64,000 bases of DNA. Origin: Marsupella aquatica (taxonomy: Eukaryota; Plantae; Marchantiophyta). The notes beneath the pieces were generated by a model, which had not been told where the DNA came from, searched no databases, and saw nothing but the letters and a program-made list of their open reading frames with translations. The stretch covers positions 22,853,455-22,917,454 of the forward strand of contig OZ316897.1 of assembly GCA_973895155.1 (NCBI GenBank), in the 5' to 3' direction. The position numbers and the translations under genes are program-made. Positions within the stretch are counted from its first letter, which is position 1. Each line of letters opens with the position of its first letter. Shown piece by piece: positions 39,171 to 51,363 of the stretch.

Positions 39171-41100
39171 GGGCTGGGCTGCTGCCCACACACTCTCATC
39201 AGAATCTTGTGCTTCCTCCGGCTTGGTCGGGCCTGCCTGCCTGCCTACCTGCCCGTCTGCCCGCTCGCGTGCCTGCCGGTTCCGGTACTGTACGGCTGAT
39301 CACACGGGAAACTCGGATCCAGTGCAGTAATAATAAGGTTCTGCTTAGTTGTCTCGCAAGGAATGTTACTTCGCGGCAAGCAAACAAAGTAACAAACACC
39401 CAATATAGATGGCAGTTTCTCGACTTCCACTACAGTAGTACTGGCACAAACAAAAACGTTTACTGGTGCCCATAAAGAATACTTGACGAATGTCAAGATC
39501 TGGACCGTCGATATTAATAACACTGGCCTGTGGGAATTTCGGTCATACTATACTTTCTGTTTCCCACTCGAAGAGTAATGTCATTCATCCAGTAGCTTTC
39601 CTTTTGCAAGCCACTGGGTGGGGAACAACTGACGGTAGCGAGTTGGACGGTGCGAAAATAAAATTGCTCTGCCAGTGTAATCCTTTGGGGCTATTATTAC
39701 TTTCCAGTTAAAAGCTCTTCTTTCTCATTGACATAAACATAAGCAAAGAATCTAATAACGGACATTATGGACCGTGAAATACGAAGGCTCGAGCTTGATT
39801 GCCCATAATTCTATGCTAACAGATCATTGACACTCAAAGGTCCTTTATCCTGAGTGGACAAAAAGTCTCATAGGGACAACTTTTCTCAATAAAGACACTG
39901 CTAATCACGAAGGAGTTAGTCAGTTAGACCTGTTAGAACCTAGCACATTGGTTTTTCTCGTTAGTTGAGCTTACTTGAAGAATATGTTTTTTTGGAACTC
40001 GGGGTTATCAAATGCTGTAAAGGTTCCCCATATCCAATCTGGACGCACTAGGCCTGGCAGGGTGGGATAGGGATGGCGGGCAGACCCGTAATAAGCACCA
40101 AAAGTGACCTTTGTCGAAAGGATCTCTCGTCAAGGATAATATATTCTGGGGGCGTGTCCCAGGCGTCGATTCAGGATCTGACGGGTGCCATCTGAGAGGT
40201 AAGGAATAGCGTTTATTTACGTGTTGCCTTGAAAACGAAATAGCGTGATGTTGATAATGAACGGGGACGGTTGGGACGGTGCACGAGGTTGGTGGTGCCC
40301 ACCATCAACCGTACCGGTAGGTTCGGTGGTCGAGGCCGGGCCAGGTCCGATCCGCAGCTTTGTGGAGGTAACCAAGAAGCGTTGAATCAGCACCGGTAAC
40401 TAGATACCGGCCACCGGGATGGACAACCGGGAAATAGTACAGTCATCGCTGTACAATAGGGGCATTAGCGGTTGGATACGCGGGGGCCGTCGATCCGATC
40501 TGAACGAAGTCCGCATGTCCGTCGATTGGTCCAGTCGCCGACCTTGGACTTTAACCCATGCCCGTTGACGTTGAGTACTTTTACAGAAAGCTCGCCCAGT
40601 AAATGAAATAAGTTCCTTGCAAGACAAACCAAACAAAAAACTTGAAGCAAATGTTTTGAGCGTTTTCTAACACAGAGTTATTGGACGGGCCATAAAACCT
40701 AAACCGTGATGGGGTCCAAGGTATTATCTCAGGTTATTTTAACAAATCTTAATGAGACCCCATGTGGGACTAACCTTTACACGTACATTAAAGATGTTGT
40801 TCTACTATATGGCAAAACCCTTTACGACTTTCTCAAGTGATTTTTTTCAATGACAATTTTCTTTCGGTCTTTTCTATTTCAGTTTTATTCAGCGTCAACC
40901 CTGGGAGAGGGGGAACAGCAGTGACAAAAAGCAATAGCACAATGACACTTATTCTTGACGTGTGCATTGTTGGTGTTCATTCTTATGTCCTTTTCATGAG
41001 TAAAATTATACCATAGCACTTTATTTTCAATAAACAGTCACTATACTCCATTTTTTTTTATTTTTTTTTTTATTTTTTTTACAATCTATAGTTCATGTTA

Positions 41101-41216
41101 GGTTATTGCATTCAATTCCTCGGTCACCATATGCTTTCTGGTTATTGCATTCATTTTCTGGGTCACCGTATACTTTTGGTTATTGCATTCATTTTCTCGG
41201 TCACCATATACTTTCT
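41101..41216. repeat. Three ~38 bp tandem copies
   Basis: ggttattgcattca.tt.ct.ggtcacc.tat.cttt at 41101, 41140 and 41178. Confidence 0.85.
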
Positions 41217-41578
41217 AAGGTTCTTTTTATGAGGGCCCACCACCAAATCATATAAAGAGACCCCCAACCCATATTCCATGACAGAGGGTTGACCTTGACA
41301 TCCCATGAATGCAGTCTTACACTATCCTAAGGAATAATACAGGCTAGATATTAGTCCAAACTTTTCATATAAATATATCTCTATATGCAGTATTAGTATT
41401 TTAGTAGTCCATATATGGTAGAGTAAAATTTTTACTTAATTGTGTACATCACTATTAATGGTAATAAACATGAATCACAATAATAATACAAGGACAAGTG
41501 ATCCATCACACAATTGATTTTAAAATTCTCCATCCTCAAGTCAAAATGATCTAATTATTTGATAACTAAGTTTTTTAA

Positions 41579-41889
41579 TGTAAGAAATTGTCGGTTCCAG
41601 ACTAGACAACAATGTGGAAACATGAGAGAGACTCAATCAGACGCTACATCGACGAGACACCCCGAATGGAGAAAATCCTGAAGGTTCCATAGCAAATGGG
41701 AGTACATGTGAAGAATGAGAGAGAGAATGTTCTCCCTCCAACCTATACCCCCCAAGGGGGCCAAGATGAGTGGGCCTAAACTATGCGGATCTTATTCTAA
41801 TGTAATTCAAGGTTAGCTAACCCTAGTAAGGCCAAACTAACTAAGCCAGGAACTCTAACTAAGCCGGGAACTTGAGTCAATTCTTAACA
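41579..41889. mobile_element. Solo LTR (311 bp), same family as 55531-55835
   Basis: Termini TGTAAGAA...TTCTTAACA; 5-bp flanks tttaa/tctaa (4/5 TSD match); collinear with 55531-55835 (acatgtgaagaatga, ctccctccaacctataccccccaagggggccaaga). Confidence 0.85.
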
Positions 41890-43839
41890 TCTAATATATT
41901 GTAAAGGTCGTTAATGGACCTCTTCAAAATATCGGAATGGTAACATTTCACGATTTGATGGCCCATTAGATTCAAAAACTCCCTGAGCATTGTGCTCAAA
42001 CAAACACTCAAGTGGCACTATATTCCAACAATGCATTCTGTTCAAATTGAGATTAAATGATTTCCACAACGTCCCCTTGGACGTTCTGTTTAGGAATGTG
42101 CTTTCAATTCAATCGGACAATGTCACTTCTTCAATTAAAACTTCCTGACAAGTGTTACTTTGGCAAGTAGAGTCCCCGGATACTCTATTGGAACCACTTT
42201 TTTCAAGTGAAGCCCACATTTTCCCAAGAAGCCCTTTTGCATTTTCCAATAGAATGGCCAGGTGTTCCATTTTGAGTAAGATGGTAGCATGCTCACCTGC
42301 TAAACTTGTTGGTTGTTATTCTGTCACTCTGCCCCTAATACACCAATGGGGTTCCACAATACTACCTGTGCCTTGAGATTCTCTTGCCTTAGCCACCCCG
42401 CCAACCTCGCTTGTTTGCTATATGACCAAGCCTTAATCTACTTAATGACATCAAAGTTTTTGTTTCACTAAAATTAGCGTGTCGGCAATGAATGGAGATG
42501 ACAAAAAATGTTTACCCTTTTGACATATGGGAATTCTTTGTGAGAGGTTTGAAAATTCTAAAGGCAATCAAGAGAAATGTTTTGGAAATGGCCTCATTTC
42601 CCTTCATGTTCGTTGTGAGCACATACTAAACCCTTGGCAAGAGCCCAGGTACTGGCCAGCATATGGTGCAATCCATCTTACCTGCTCAGAATGCCCAATT
42701 CTTTTAGTGATAATTGAATTTTGATGTACTTCATGAGGGCTTGCTCTTTGTTTTTTCATTTGATAGTAGGAGCCACACCCTTTACTTATTTTAGGTATTT
42801 AATTTTCACAAGTTCAATCACACCCTTAGGTGTTTCAATTAATTTATTTGTTTTGGGTAGTGCGAGAGTTTTTTAGAATGTTCTATACTTTGCATCATTG
42901 TTATAGAAAACTACCAAACATGCAATGCATCTGGCATGACTCGAACTAGGTACATCCTGTTCCCACACTGGAGTCCTAACCATTCGGATGGGAATGAATT
43001 TTTCCATGACTTAGTTAGTTTTTAACCTTAGTGAAAATACACACGATTGTGCTAAGTGAGCCTGTAAGTTCCTCTCTAAAAAGTACAGCCACATAATATT
43101 TATTCATCCTTACCATTACTTGTAATTATTACTTTCATTTTCAATATATACACATTACACAATATTCATTCATCACTAGCATTAATTGTCACTATTGTTT
43201 GCATTGGAAAGTACTTGCACTAATGACAGTAAGCTTTGCTTTACTAAGATTATTGATATCACTAATCACTACTACATATTTGGCCTTTTTGCAAAGGCAA
43301 TTTAGTCGCACCAAAATGCCATACGAGACACTGTCCATCGCTCACTTTAGAATTGATCACGCATCTCAATTAGCGATGCAAATGACATTGCAACTCCAAT
43401 TTGCGATGTGTAACCCATCTCAAATTGCAAATTACTTGTGACGCTTTATGAATTGCAAATGTTTTGCAACATCATCTCCATTCAGCCCGTTTGCGAACAT
43501 TTTGCCATCGCACATCTTCTGCGATCCTAGTAACCTCAAACATTTTGCGAGTCACCGGCCCTCGCTCGGAGCATTGTGAAACATTTTTTATCGCAAGTTT
43601 GCAAACATTATTGAATGGAAAATTTGTGAACCAATTAATATTGCAATATCATCCCGACTTAGGCAACAAATTGTGCGATGAAGTATGGCTCGCAAATTTA
43701 CGATGCGGGTTAATTTGCAAGAGTGCAAGGGTATGGGAATGGAAAGTAGCAAATGTTATAAGATTGGAAAAGGTTAGCGAAGGTATTGCAAAGGAAACAT
43801 ATTCGCAAAATGGGTCGCAAAGTTAATAAGGGATGTTGA

Positions 43840-44700
43840 AGGTAATTTAGGAGAAAAAAGGGGATGGGCCAAGTGAGGGAGGATGGAGGGACAAGGGTAG
43901 GAGGGAGAAAGGGGACGGTTGGGGTACAAGGAAAGGAGGGAGAAAGGAGGAAGGTGCGCCAATATAGGGAAGGCCGGTATATAGGTAAGAGGAAGAAGGG
44001 GGGTGAGATGCAAGGAAACGAGGGAGGAAAGAGGGTATAGGCAAGGTAAGAGGGAGAAATTAAGGAGCCAGGGTGGGACAAGGAAGGGAGGGAGGGAAAA
44101 GGAAAAGACGGAGGAGGGAAGAGGGAAGAGGGTTGGCCAATTAACATAGGTAAGAGGGAGAAAGGGTTTGGAACAAGGAAAGGAGGGAGGGAAAGAGGGA
44201 GGAAGGAGGAGGGTTGGCCAATTAATTTAGGTAAGAGGGAGAAAGGGTTTGGGACAAGGAAAGGAGGGAGGAAGGAGTTTGGGTATATATAGGTAAGAGG
44301 AAGAAATTAAGGGTCCAGGATGGGACAAGGAAGCAAGGGAAGGGGAAGGAGGAGGGTGGGCCATGAATTTGGGTACAGGGATGAGGGGGTGGGACAAGGA
44401 AAGGATGGGGCAGGTTGGAGGGACAAGTTAGGGAGGGCCGGTATAGGTACTTAAGAGGGATCAAGGGGGTGGGACAAGGAAAGAAGAGAGGGGTGGGACA
44501 AGTTAGGGAGGGTCAGTTTAGGTAAGAGGGAGAAAGGGTTTTGGACAAGGAAAGGAGACGGAGGGAGGATGTATATAATTATATATATGAGGGAGAAAAC
44601 TAAGGATCCAGGGTTTAGGTTAAGAGAGGGAAAAGGAAAGGGGGGTTTAGGGAGAAAGGAGGTGTGTCAAGGAAAGGAGAAAGGAGAAAGAGTACAAGTA
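43840..44700 (+). repeat. Purine/G-rich low-complexity array inside the CACTA element
   Basis: Recurrent gggacaaggaaagg and aggtaagagggagaaa units with very few C on the plus strand. Confidence 0.8.
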
Positions 44701-46252
44701 GCATGAGTTATCATAACACAAAGTCTAGCAAAAGGTGTGGAGACATGGAGTTTATGGTTTAGAGTATAGCAATGACATTTCAAAATGACATGATCAATTC
44801 ACAAATGCACATGAATATATCTCCAACAAAGAAGACAGAAATCATCATAAATATGAATCCAATGATAGGAATTGGCATCACTATATATCCGCATAATATA
44901 CATATCTCTCATTCTTAGTCCAGATCCTCATCAAGGGGGGACACAACCATATCTAAAAGTAGGAGGGAAAATTGTACACAACTCAAGTTGCAATGCTTCT
45001 TTTACCCCAAGTTGTGGGCGCCTAAAAATATATATATATTTGCCAAAATATATATGTCAAATGAAAAACAAAACCACACCAATGACCAATACATACACCT
45101 TGTACCTTTCAGATGCCCAAGCTCCCACAATGCCTATGCATTTGTCAAAATCCACCAAAGTAATGGTCACCCTGCATCATATATATTATGTTCCCCTCCT
45201 ATGTTAGCATAACATCCAAACACCAAGCCCTTCTTACCCTCAAAAGTTACCATAAACCCTAAATGCCAAAGCCGAGGGTCTTATCCTCCTAAATTAACAT
45301 AATCTGACCCTAAACCCTCACCACTTAAGCCCTGCTATGTTCATGTAAAGAGCAAATGCCAAAACCCCTCTTACCCTCCTAAATTACCAAAAATTCACAT
45401 GCCAAATCTCTCTTACCATATGTTAGTACCCAATGCCAAAGCCAAGGTCTCACCCTCCAAATTTACCTTCAGACCCTTAACTCTAAACCCTTAAGCCCTC
45501 CTATGTTCCCTCTAAAATAACAAATGCCAAAATCCAAACCCCAAACTCCAAACCTCTTATCTTTCTATGTTTCGTCGTGCTAATTAACTATTTTCCATGT
45601 ATTACCATATTCAAACAAACCCAGATAGTTTATCTCTCCTAAATTGACCATAATCTCAAACAACAGTAGGATACACCATCCTTCATATCCCTCCAACCTT
45701 AAAACCCCTCCTACATACCTTAGCTTATTAGTCTTAACACTTATACACCCGCTTAAGTATACCCCCACCTTAATTCAAAATTCAAATTCGCACGTAATGG
45801 GTGCGAGTAGAACGTCTTTGCAATCTCAGGTGGAAACCTCGTTGGGAACAGTATTCCTTTGCAAATGGAGGAATTTGCAATGCTTTTTGCAAAAGGTTCT
45901 GCATCGCAAGTTGAGATGCGTAGAGTTTTGCAAGCCCTATCTCTATTGACCCTTATGAATCCCGAGCGCGGAACCGCCAGGATCTAGTGCATTTTTTCAT
46001 TGGTCGAGCAAAGGTTAGGGTGTGGGCGGAGCAATGGCGAGCGGAGGAGGTAGTGCTGGAGGTGATGGAGCTTCTAGTAGCAATGGGGGTAACAGAGGGG
46101 GGAGGACCGACTACAGAAGATGGTGGACGAGCACTTTTCCGTGGCACAATTGAGAAAATTGGATTTGAACACACCAGCAGGGCTGGGATCATTGAGTGCA
46201 ATTTTAGGCCAGGCATTGCAATTTGGTATGACTGCAGGGCACGCAGCAAGGG

Positions 46253-48095
46253 ATGAGTAGGAGAAGAAGGCAACAGAGCAGAAGTCGATTGAGAAGAAGA
46301 GGAAGAGAGATTAGAGGGCGAAGGCCGGAGTCCTCTCCCCTCATGCCCTGGAAAAGAAGAGAAGGAAGAGCGAGACCTGATCAGGAAGCAGAGGGAAGAG
46401 CAGAGAAAGAAGGAGGAGGCCAGGAAGAAGCTGCCCTTGATTACTCTAAAAGAAGAAGGAATTCCAACAGAGCTGGCTTATCTCGGGGCAAAGAGCACAA
46501 TCAGGCACATTGGGTCGACCAATTTTGCTCGAGGGGTTGAGTGGGGCAGTGTTTCAAAGGCAGAGCAGAGGCGAGTCATGAATCAAGTAAGGATGCATTT
46601 CAAAACGGAGGAGAGATTGACTCACAATCGCTTGCAGAAAAAATTGGCAATTCTATGTCCCAAGCAAGATACCACGACAGGAAGAAGATCAGAGCTCACT
46701 TGAGAGACCTGGAGGAGTACAGAAATCTGCAGCAGCCGCTGCAATTCGCTGAGAATATCTGGAATGCCTTCTACCAGACTGAGGTGAAGCTCAAAGCAGC
46801 CAGGGTCCTCAAGGAATTCACTGAGAAGCTGGCAAAGGCCCAGAAGGCAAGAGGGGCCGGGAAGTCTGACCGTGACCTGAAAACTATGGAGCAAAAGGTG
46901 GCCCAACTCCAACAGGTTGTGCCAGATATCGGCAATCCGCCCAAGAAATTCCTCAAGGCAGCTGAGCGCATCCAGGAGAAGCCCAACATAACCCACAGGC
47001 CTGGTCAAGGTGGCCTCCCCGGCCTCAAGGCAGCATTTGTGAGTGCCTCCCTCTCCTCCCTTCACTCCTTCCTTCTCCAATTCCTGTTTCAAGACATTTG
47101 CAATGGCACCCAATTGTTTCCCTTTGCTAGTAAGTAGTTATTGTTGAACCTGACAAGTCATTTTAGGTCGTGCACACTCGGGTTGGACAAAGTTTTTGGT
47201 CGTAACAGAGTTTGTGATGCGTTGCTTCGCAAAATGTTTACAATCACTATTATTAATGTTTTTCGGGGAGATTTTATGAAGCACTTGTGAAGCAGCGCGC
47301 ATCGCAAACAGCTTCGCAAACGTAATCATGCTTCTTTTTGCGAAGGTATGGGCTTCGCAAATTCAAAAATGAACCTATTTTGAATGTTAAGTTTTGGCCC
47401 TTAAGGCCCTTGAGGCCCCAACACCCCCACCCCACCATAACCCTCCTAAACCCACCTCAACATTTCCTACCCTATACATGATTTTAGGTTTAATGTGGGC
47501 CTAATTCCTTGGCTGTTTCCTGTTCTTTTTGCGGGTGTTGATGATGCATAGTACAAGAAGTACAGGAGGAAGATCACCTCGACAGAAATGGAGGTGGGGT
47601 AGAAGCATAGAGAGGAGACTCTACTTTGGCAAGTTGATGAGTTGTTGGTGAGCCTTTTTACATTTTTGGACCCTTGGCATTCATGATTCGGATTATTGTG
47701 AAGACATTTGTAAGGTTAAAGGCAAGCCACTAATTGGTACCCTTTTGTTTGTGTGGAAGCAGGCACCAGAGAGGGATAGTACCTCTGACAAGGAGGGTGA
47801 CACTGCTAGTAGCGACGAGGAGGATGCGAGCACTGGTCCTGGTAGTCGTGTCGGGCCCACTAGCAATGGAGACCAGTCTTTTGCATCAGCCCGTGGTAGT
47901 GATTCCGGTAGTGCAACATCCCAGGAGGATGAGGATGGAGATGAGGAGGGGGAGGAGGAGGAGGGGGACCAGGAGGAGGAGGAGAAGGAGGTCCCACAGC
48001 CCCCTGCGCAAACCCGCAAGGGCAAGGGCAAGGAGAAAGAGAAGGAGAAGGCCAAGGGGAAGGAGGCAAGGAGGGGAAGGAAGTCCCCTTTCTAG
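46253..48095 (+). pseudogene. Frameshifted CACTA accessory (TnpA/Ptta-like) gene
   Basis: Overlapping ORFs 46253-46540, 46437-46703 and 46541-47137 join by frameshifts; HRPGQGG resembles the H..G..G motif of En/Spm Ptta-type proteins; donor gtgagt at 47039; acidic/basic last segment 47763-48095. Lies within CACTA termini. Confidence 0.6.
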
Positions 48096-49093
48096 AGGAT
48101 TTAGGTGGCAGGTTTTAGTGGTTTAGTGGTTTAAATTAGGGTTTATATGTTCACCCTCTCCAGGCATTTGACATGCCCCTTTAGTAAGGGTTAGCAACCT
48201 ATTCTGTAAATTTTGCACATTTTAATTAATCTCATATCTATTCCGCATTCTGCCTTCTACACACAATAAAAGGCCTATTCCATTCATTTACCCTTAGCTT
48301 GAACCCTAAATTGGCGTTACAAACCAATTTCAAAGATTCCCCATTTTTGTGAAGCAATTGCGATACTCATACCTTCGCAAATTCAGAGTAAAATTTCATC
48401 GCAAACACAACGTCTTCGAACACATCGCAAACATTGCAAAACTAAAACAATCGCAAATCTTGCGGCGTGACGCATTTTGCAATGCAGTGATTCAATATGC
48501 ATCGCAAGTTTAAGACAAACAAACGATCGCAACTTTGTGAGATTTACTACCTCGCAAAAGCGCAAGCAATGTTATCTCGGAAAAACTCCGATGGTTATTG
48601 CGTTGCAAACTGGGCGATGGTCACGGACTGGATTTGTTTTGGAAGGTCATGTTATTGCAATATTGTGTTTGTTTTGCAAAATGTGTGGCTTCGGAAGTTG
48701 CGAAGGTCCGTTTGCGAAGGACTGGGCATGGGAAATTGCGATCTTGTTGCAATGCGGTTTGGTTCACAAGTGACGATTAAAATTTTGTGTCCCTTTGTTG
48801 TTTGCGATGGATTCCGGCTCGCAATATGGGGCCATAGTGTTGTAGTGAATGATAAATTACTTATTAATTCAACTAGATATCCTTTTTATAATGCTAGGAC
48901 AAAATAACATTATAATCCAGGATGGGCAAGCCTTCTTAGGTCTCTCTCGCTCTTTTTCTTCCCCCTTTATTGGATCTTTTGCCTTTGGGGTCTCCCATGT
49001 TTGACATTTTTAGTTTTTGGCAGTTTGATATATATATATATATATATATACAACTAGCATTTGGTGTCAAAGAGCTACTTATTTATTTAGTTA

Positions 49094-51363
49094 CTAGTTC
49101 AGTACCCGTGCGTTACACAAAAGATGTTGTGTCGGCCAAGATGTCGTGTCGGCCAAGATGTCGTGTCGGCCAAGATGTCGTGTCGGCCAAGATTTGGTTG
49201 AGAAAAAAAGATGTCATCTCAGCCAAGAGGTCATTGAGAAAAAGATGTTGTGGTGGCAAAGAGATCGTTGAGAAAAAATATGTCGTGTCGGGCAAGATGT
49301 CATTCAGAAAAAAATTGTCATGTCAATCAAGACGTTGTTGAGCAAAAAGATGTCGTGTCATCCAAGACATCGTTGAGACAAAAAATGTCGTGTCAACTAA
49401 GACGTCGTTGAGAGAAAGATGTTTTGTTGACCAAGACGTTGTTGAGTGAAAATACATGTGTGTTGCACAAAAGATGTTGTTAAGAAAAAAGATGTTTTGT
49501 CGCCCGAGAAGTATTTTTTGTGAAAGATGTCGTTCAGAAAAAAATGTCATTTTGCCAAAGATGTCATTAAATGTGAAAGATGTTGTTAAGAAAAAGGTGT
49601 CATTTTGCCAAAGATATCCTGAAGTAACAGTTGTTATAAGGAACGAGGTGTCGTTTCACCCAAGCTGTCATTATGTGAAAGATGATGTGAAGTAAAAAGT
49701 CAAGGAGGGAAGGAGCAAGTCGACTAAGAGTCAGGGTTGTCGCGGCTCGATGATGTCGTCACGGCATGCATCCAAGGGGTCGCATGGTTTTTTTGGTCCT
49801 ATTCCTTTGTCGTTGTCCTTGTCTTTTTCTTGCTTTGTTTTGTTTTTTAAACCAAAATGCCCGTGCATTTGAAAGACAAACCACCCTATAAATTGGTGCA
49901 ACATTATATTATAGGTTTTGGGTTGTTTTAGGGTTTAGGGTTTAGCAACAATGACCTTTCTGTCGATGTCCTTTCGATCCTTGTGCATTGCATAAAAGAT
50001 GTTGTTTGGTTAAAGGTGTTGTTGACAAATAGATCGTGGTGCAAAAGATATCGTTGAATAATAAAAATTGTTTGTTAAAATATATTACTGCACAAAAACT
50101 TTTGTTAGTGAAAGATATCATTGTGCTAAATACTTGCAAGGGAAGCCACAAACGTTCTTTTGTCTATTTTCTCCTTGCACAAAAAATATTTTTGAATAAA
50201 CAGATGTCATTGCACAAAAGACTGGCTATAACAACCACAAAAGTTTAACAAAAATGAGAGGTGTTTAGTTTTTCCTTTTTTAAACCATTTTTCTTTTATG
50301 TTCCTTTTAAACCTTAACCTCCCCCTTTCCCCCATTTCACTATTTTTGGTCTTCTCTTTTTCTCATTCACCATCACCACACTTGCTCGTCGCCCGCTGCC
50401 CCCCTCCCCACCCATGCAAGACTGGAGCCCTTTGAGGGGCTGCCCTACATTGCGAGTGTGCCCCTTGCCCAACACCTTGCCATCAATGCCCATGCCATGA
50501 GTTTCACTGTCTTTGGTCCTTATTACTTTTGTTTTTTTGGCATTGAAAATGATAGTGCAAATGACTGTAAAAATCACCACAAATATTGGGAGAACAGGTT
50601 TTTGTTGATTAGTGTATGCAATACTCCATTGACTAAAATATTGTTAGCAATTAAGCTACTCTTACCAGTATTATACAAAACTATGTTGCACACACTATTG
50701 AATATGTAAAATATTTACTTGCAAGGATCATGGAGGGAGTACCTCCTTGATCCTCGAGCATTGTGTTGAAGTCTTTCACTTCTTTGTTGGTGTCTCCTGT
50801 GATTAGTTTTTGCTTGTCTTGGACAATGGTGCAACTTTTTTTGAGTCACACTAAACTCAATTCACACTTTGGCTTTATTACTTACCTTTAACCAGATTTT
50901 TAAAAAATTTGTGCCTTGCAAGTTTGAACTACTACCACTCTAGAAAGTGACACAACCTTAAATTATTATAGTCTTTAATATTCTTTGCAGAATAACCAAC
51001 AAGTTTACAGGCTCCTCCTCATCAAACAAATTGAGAGTCCTTCAGGGCCTGAGGGTGGGTTACTTGCTTGCCAGCTTGCTTGTCCCCTTCCCCAACCTGC
51101 AACCCTGAACAGTCACACCCCCACTGCCCTCCCTCAACTCCCACTCCCAAGAGCTATCCCTGGCCTCTCACCTCCCCCCTTTGTTTGTGCACAACTTTCA
51201 CACTCAAATGAGCCACTTGTGGGAGTCACAACCTTGCAAGTTGGCACAAGGACTAGCAGGCTAACACATTCTCACATAATCCATCTTAGGGCCAATTGGA
51301 CTGGAACTGGGAGAGGGAGAATTGTGACGAGGAACAATGGCAATGGTGCAGATTTAGTATAGA
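49094..51363 (-). mobile_element. Non-autonomous Helitron (~2.27 kb)
   Basis: On the minus strand the 5' end is A|TCTATACTAAA (51363) and the 3' end is tttgtgtaacgcacgggtactgaaCTAG|T (49094), a C-to-T-decayed cccgtgcaacgcacggg-type hairpin just before CTAG. Inserted at an AT site; no Rep/helicase ORF. Confidence 0.75.
49120..49695. repeat. 17-18 bp / ~36 bp minisatellite within the Helitron
   Basis: aagatgtcgtgtcggcc repeated (49121-49190), then alternating aagatgtcgttgagaaaa-type units decaying to ~49695; further degenerate copies at 49985-50220. Confidence 0.88.

Larger units (their letters stand above)
43267..48847 (+). mobile_element. CACTA (En/Spm) DNA transposon, non-autonomous, 5581 bp
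   Basis: Left end CACTACTACATATTTGGCC; right end GGCCATAGTGTTGTAGTG (rc CACTACAACACTATGGCC); 3-bp TSD AAT on both sides (43264-66, 48848-50); dense tcgcaa/ttgcga subterminal repeats at both ends. Confidence 0.92.

Noticed and set aside
37575-39523. Many overlapping 100-160 aa ORFs (also 6130-6615, 22670-23068, 43710-44464)
   Set aside because: Low-complexity products of GC-rich UTR/promoter or repeat DNA that lacks stops; no family motifs.
39931-40672. Possible solo LTR with TGTTAGAA...TTCTAACA ends
   Set aside because: Flanks agacc/cagag do not form a TSD and no second copy was seen in the window.
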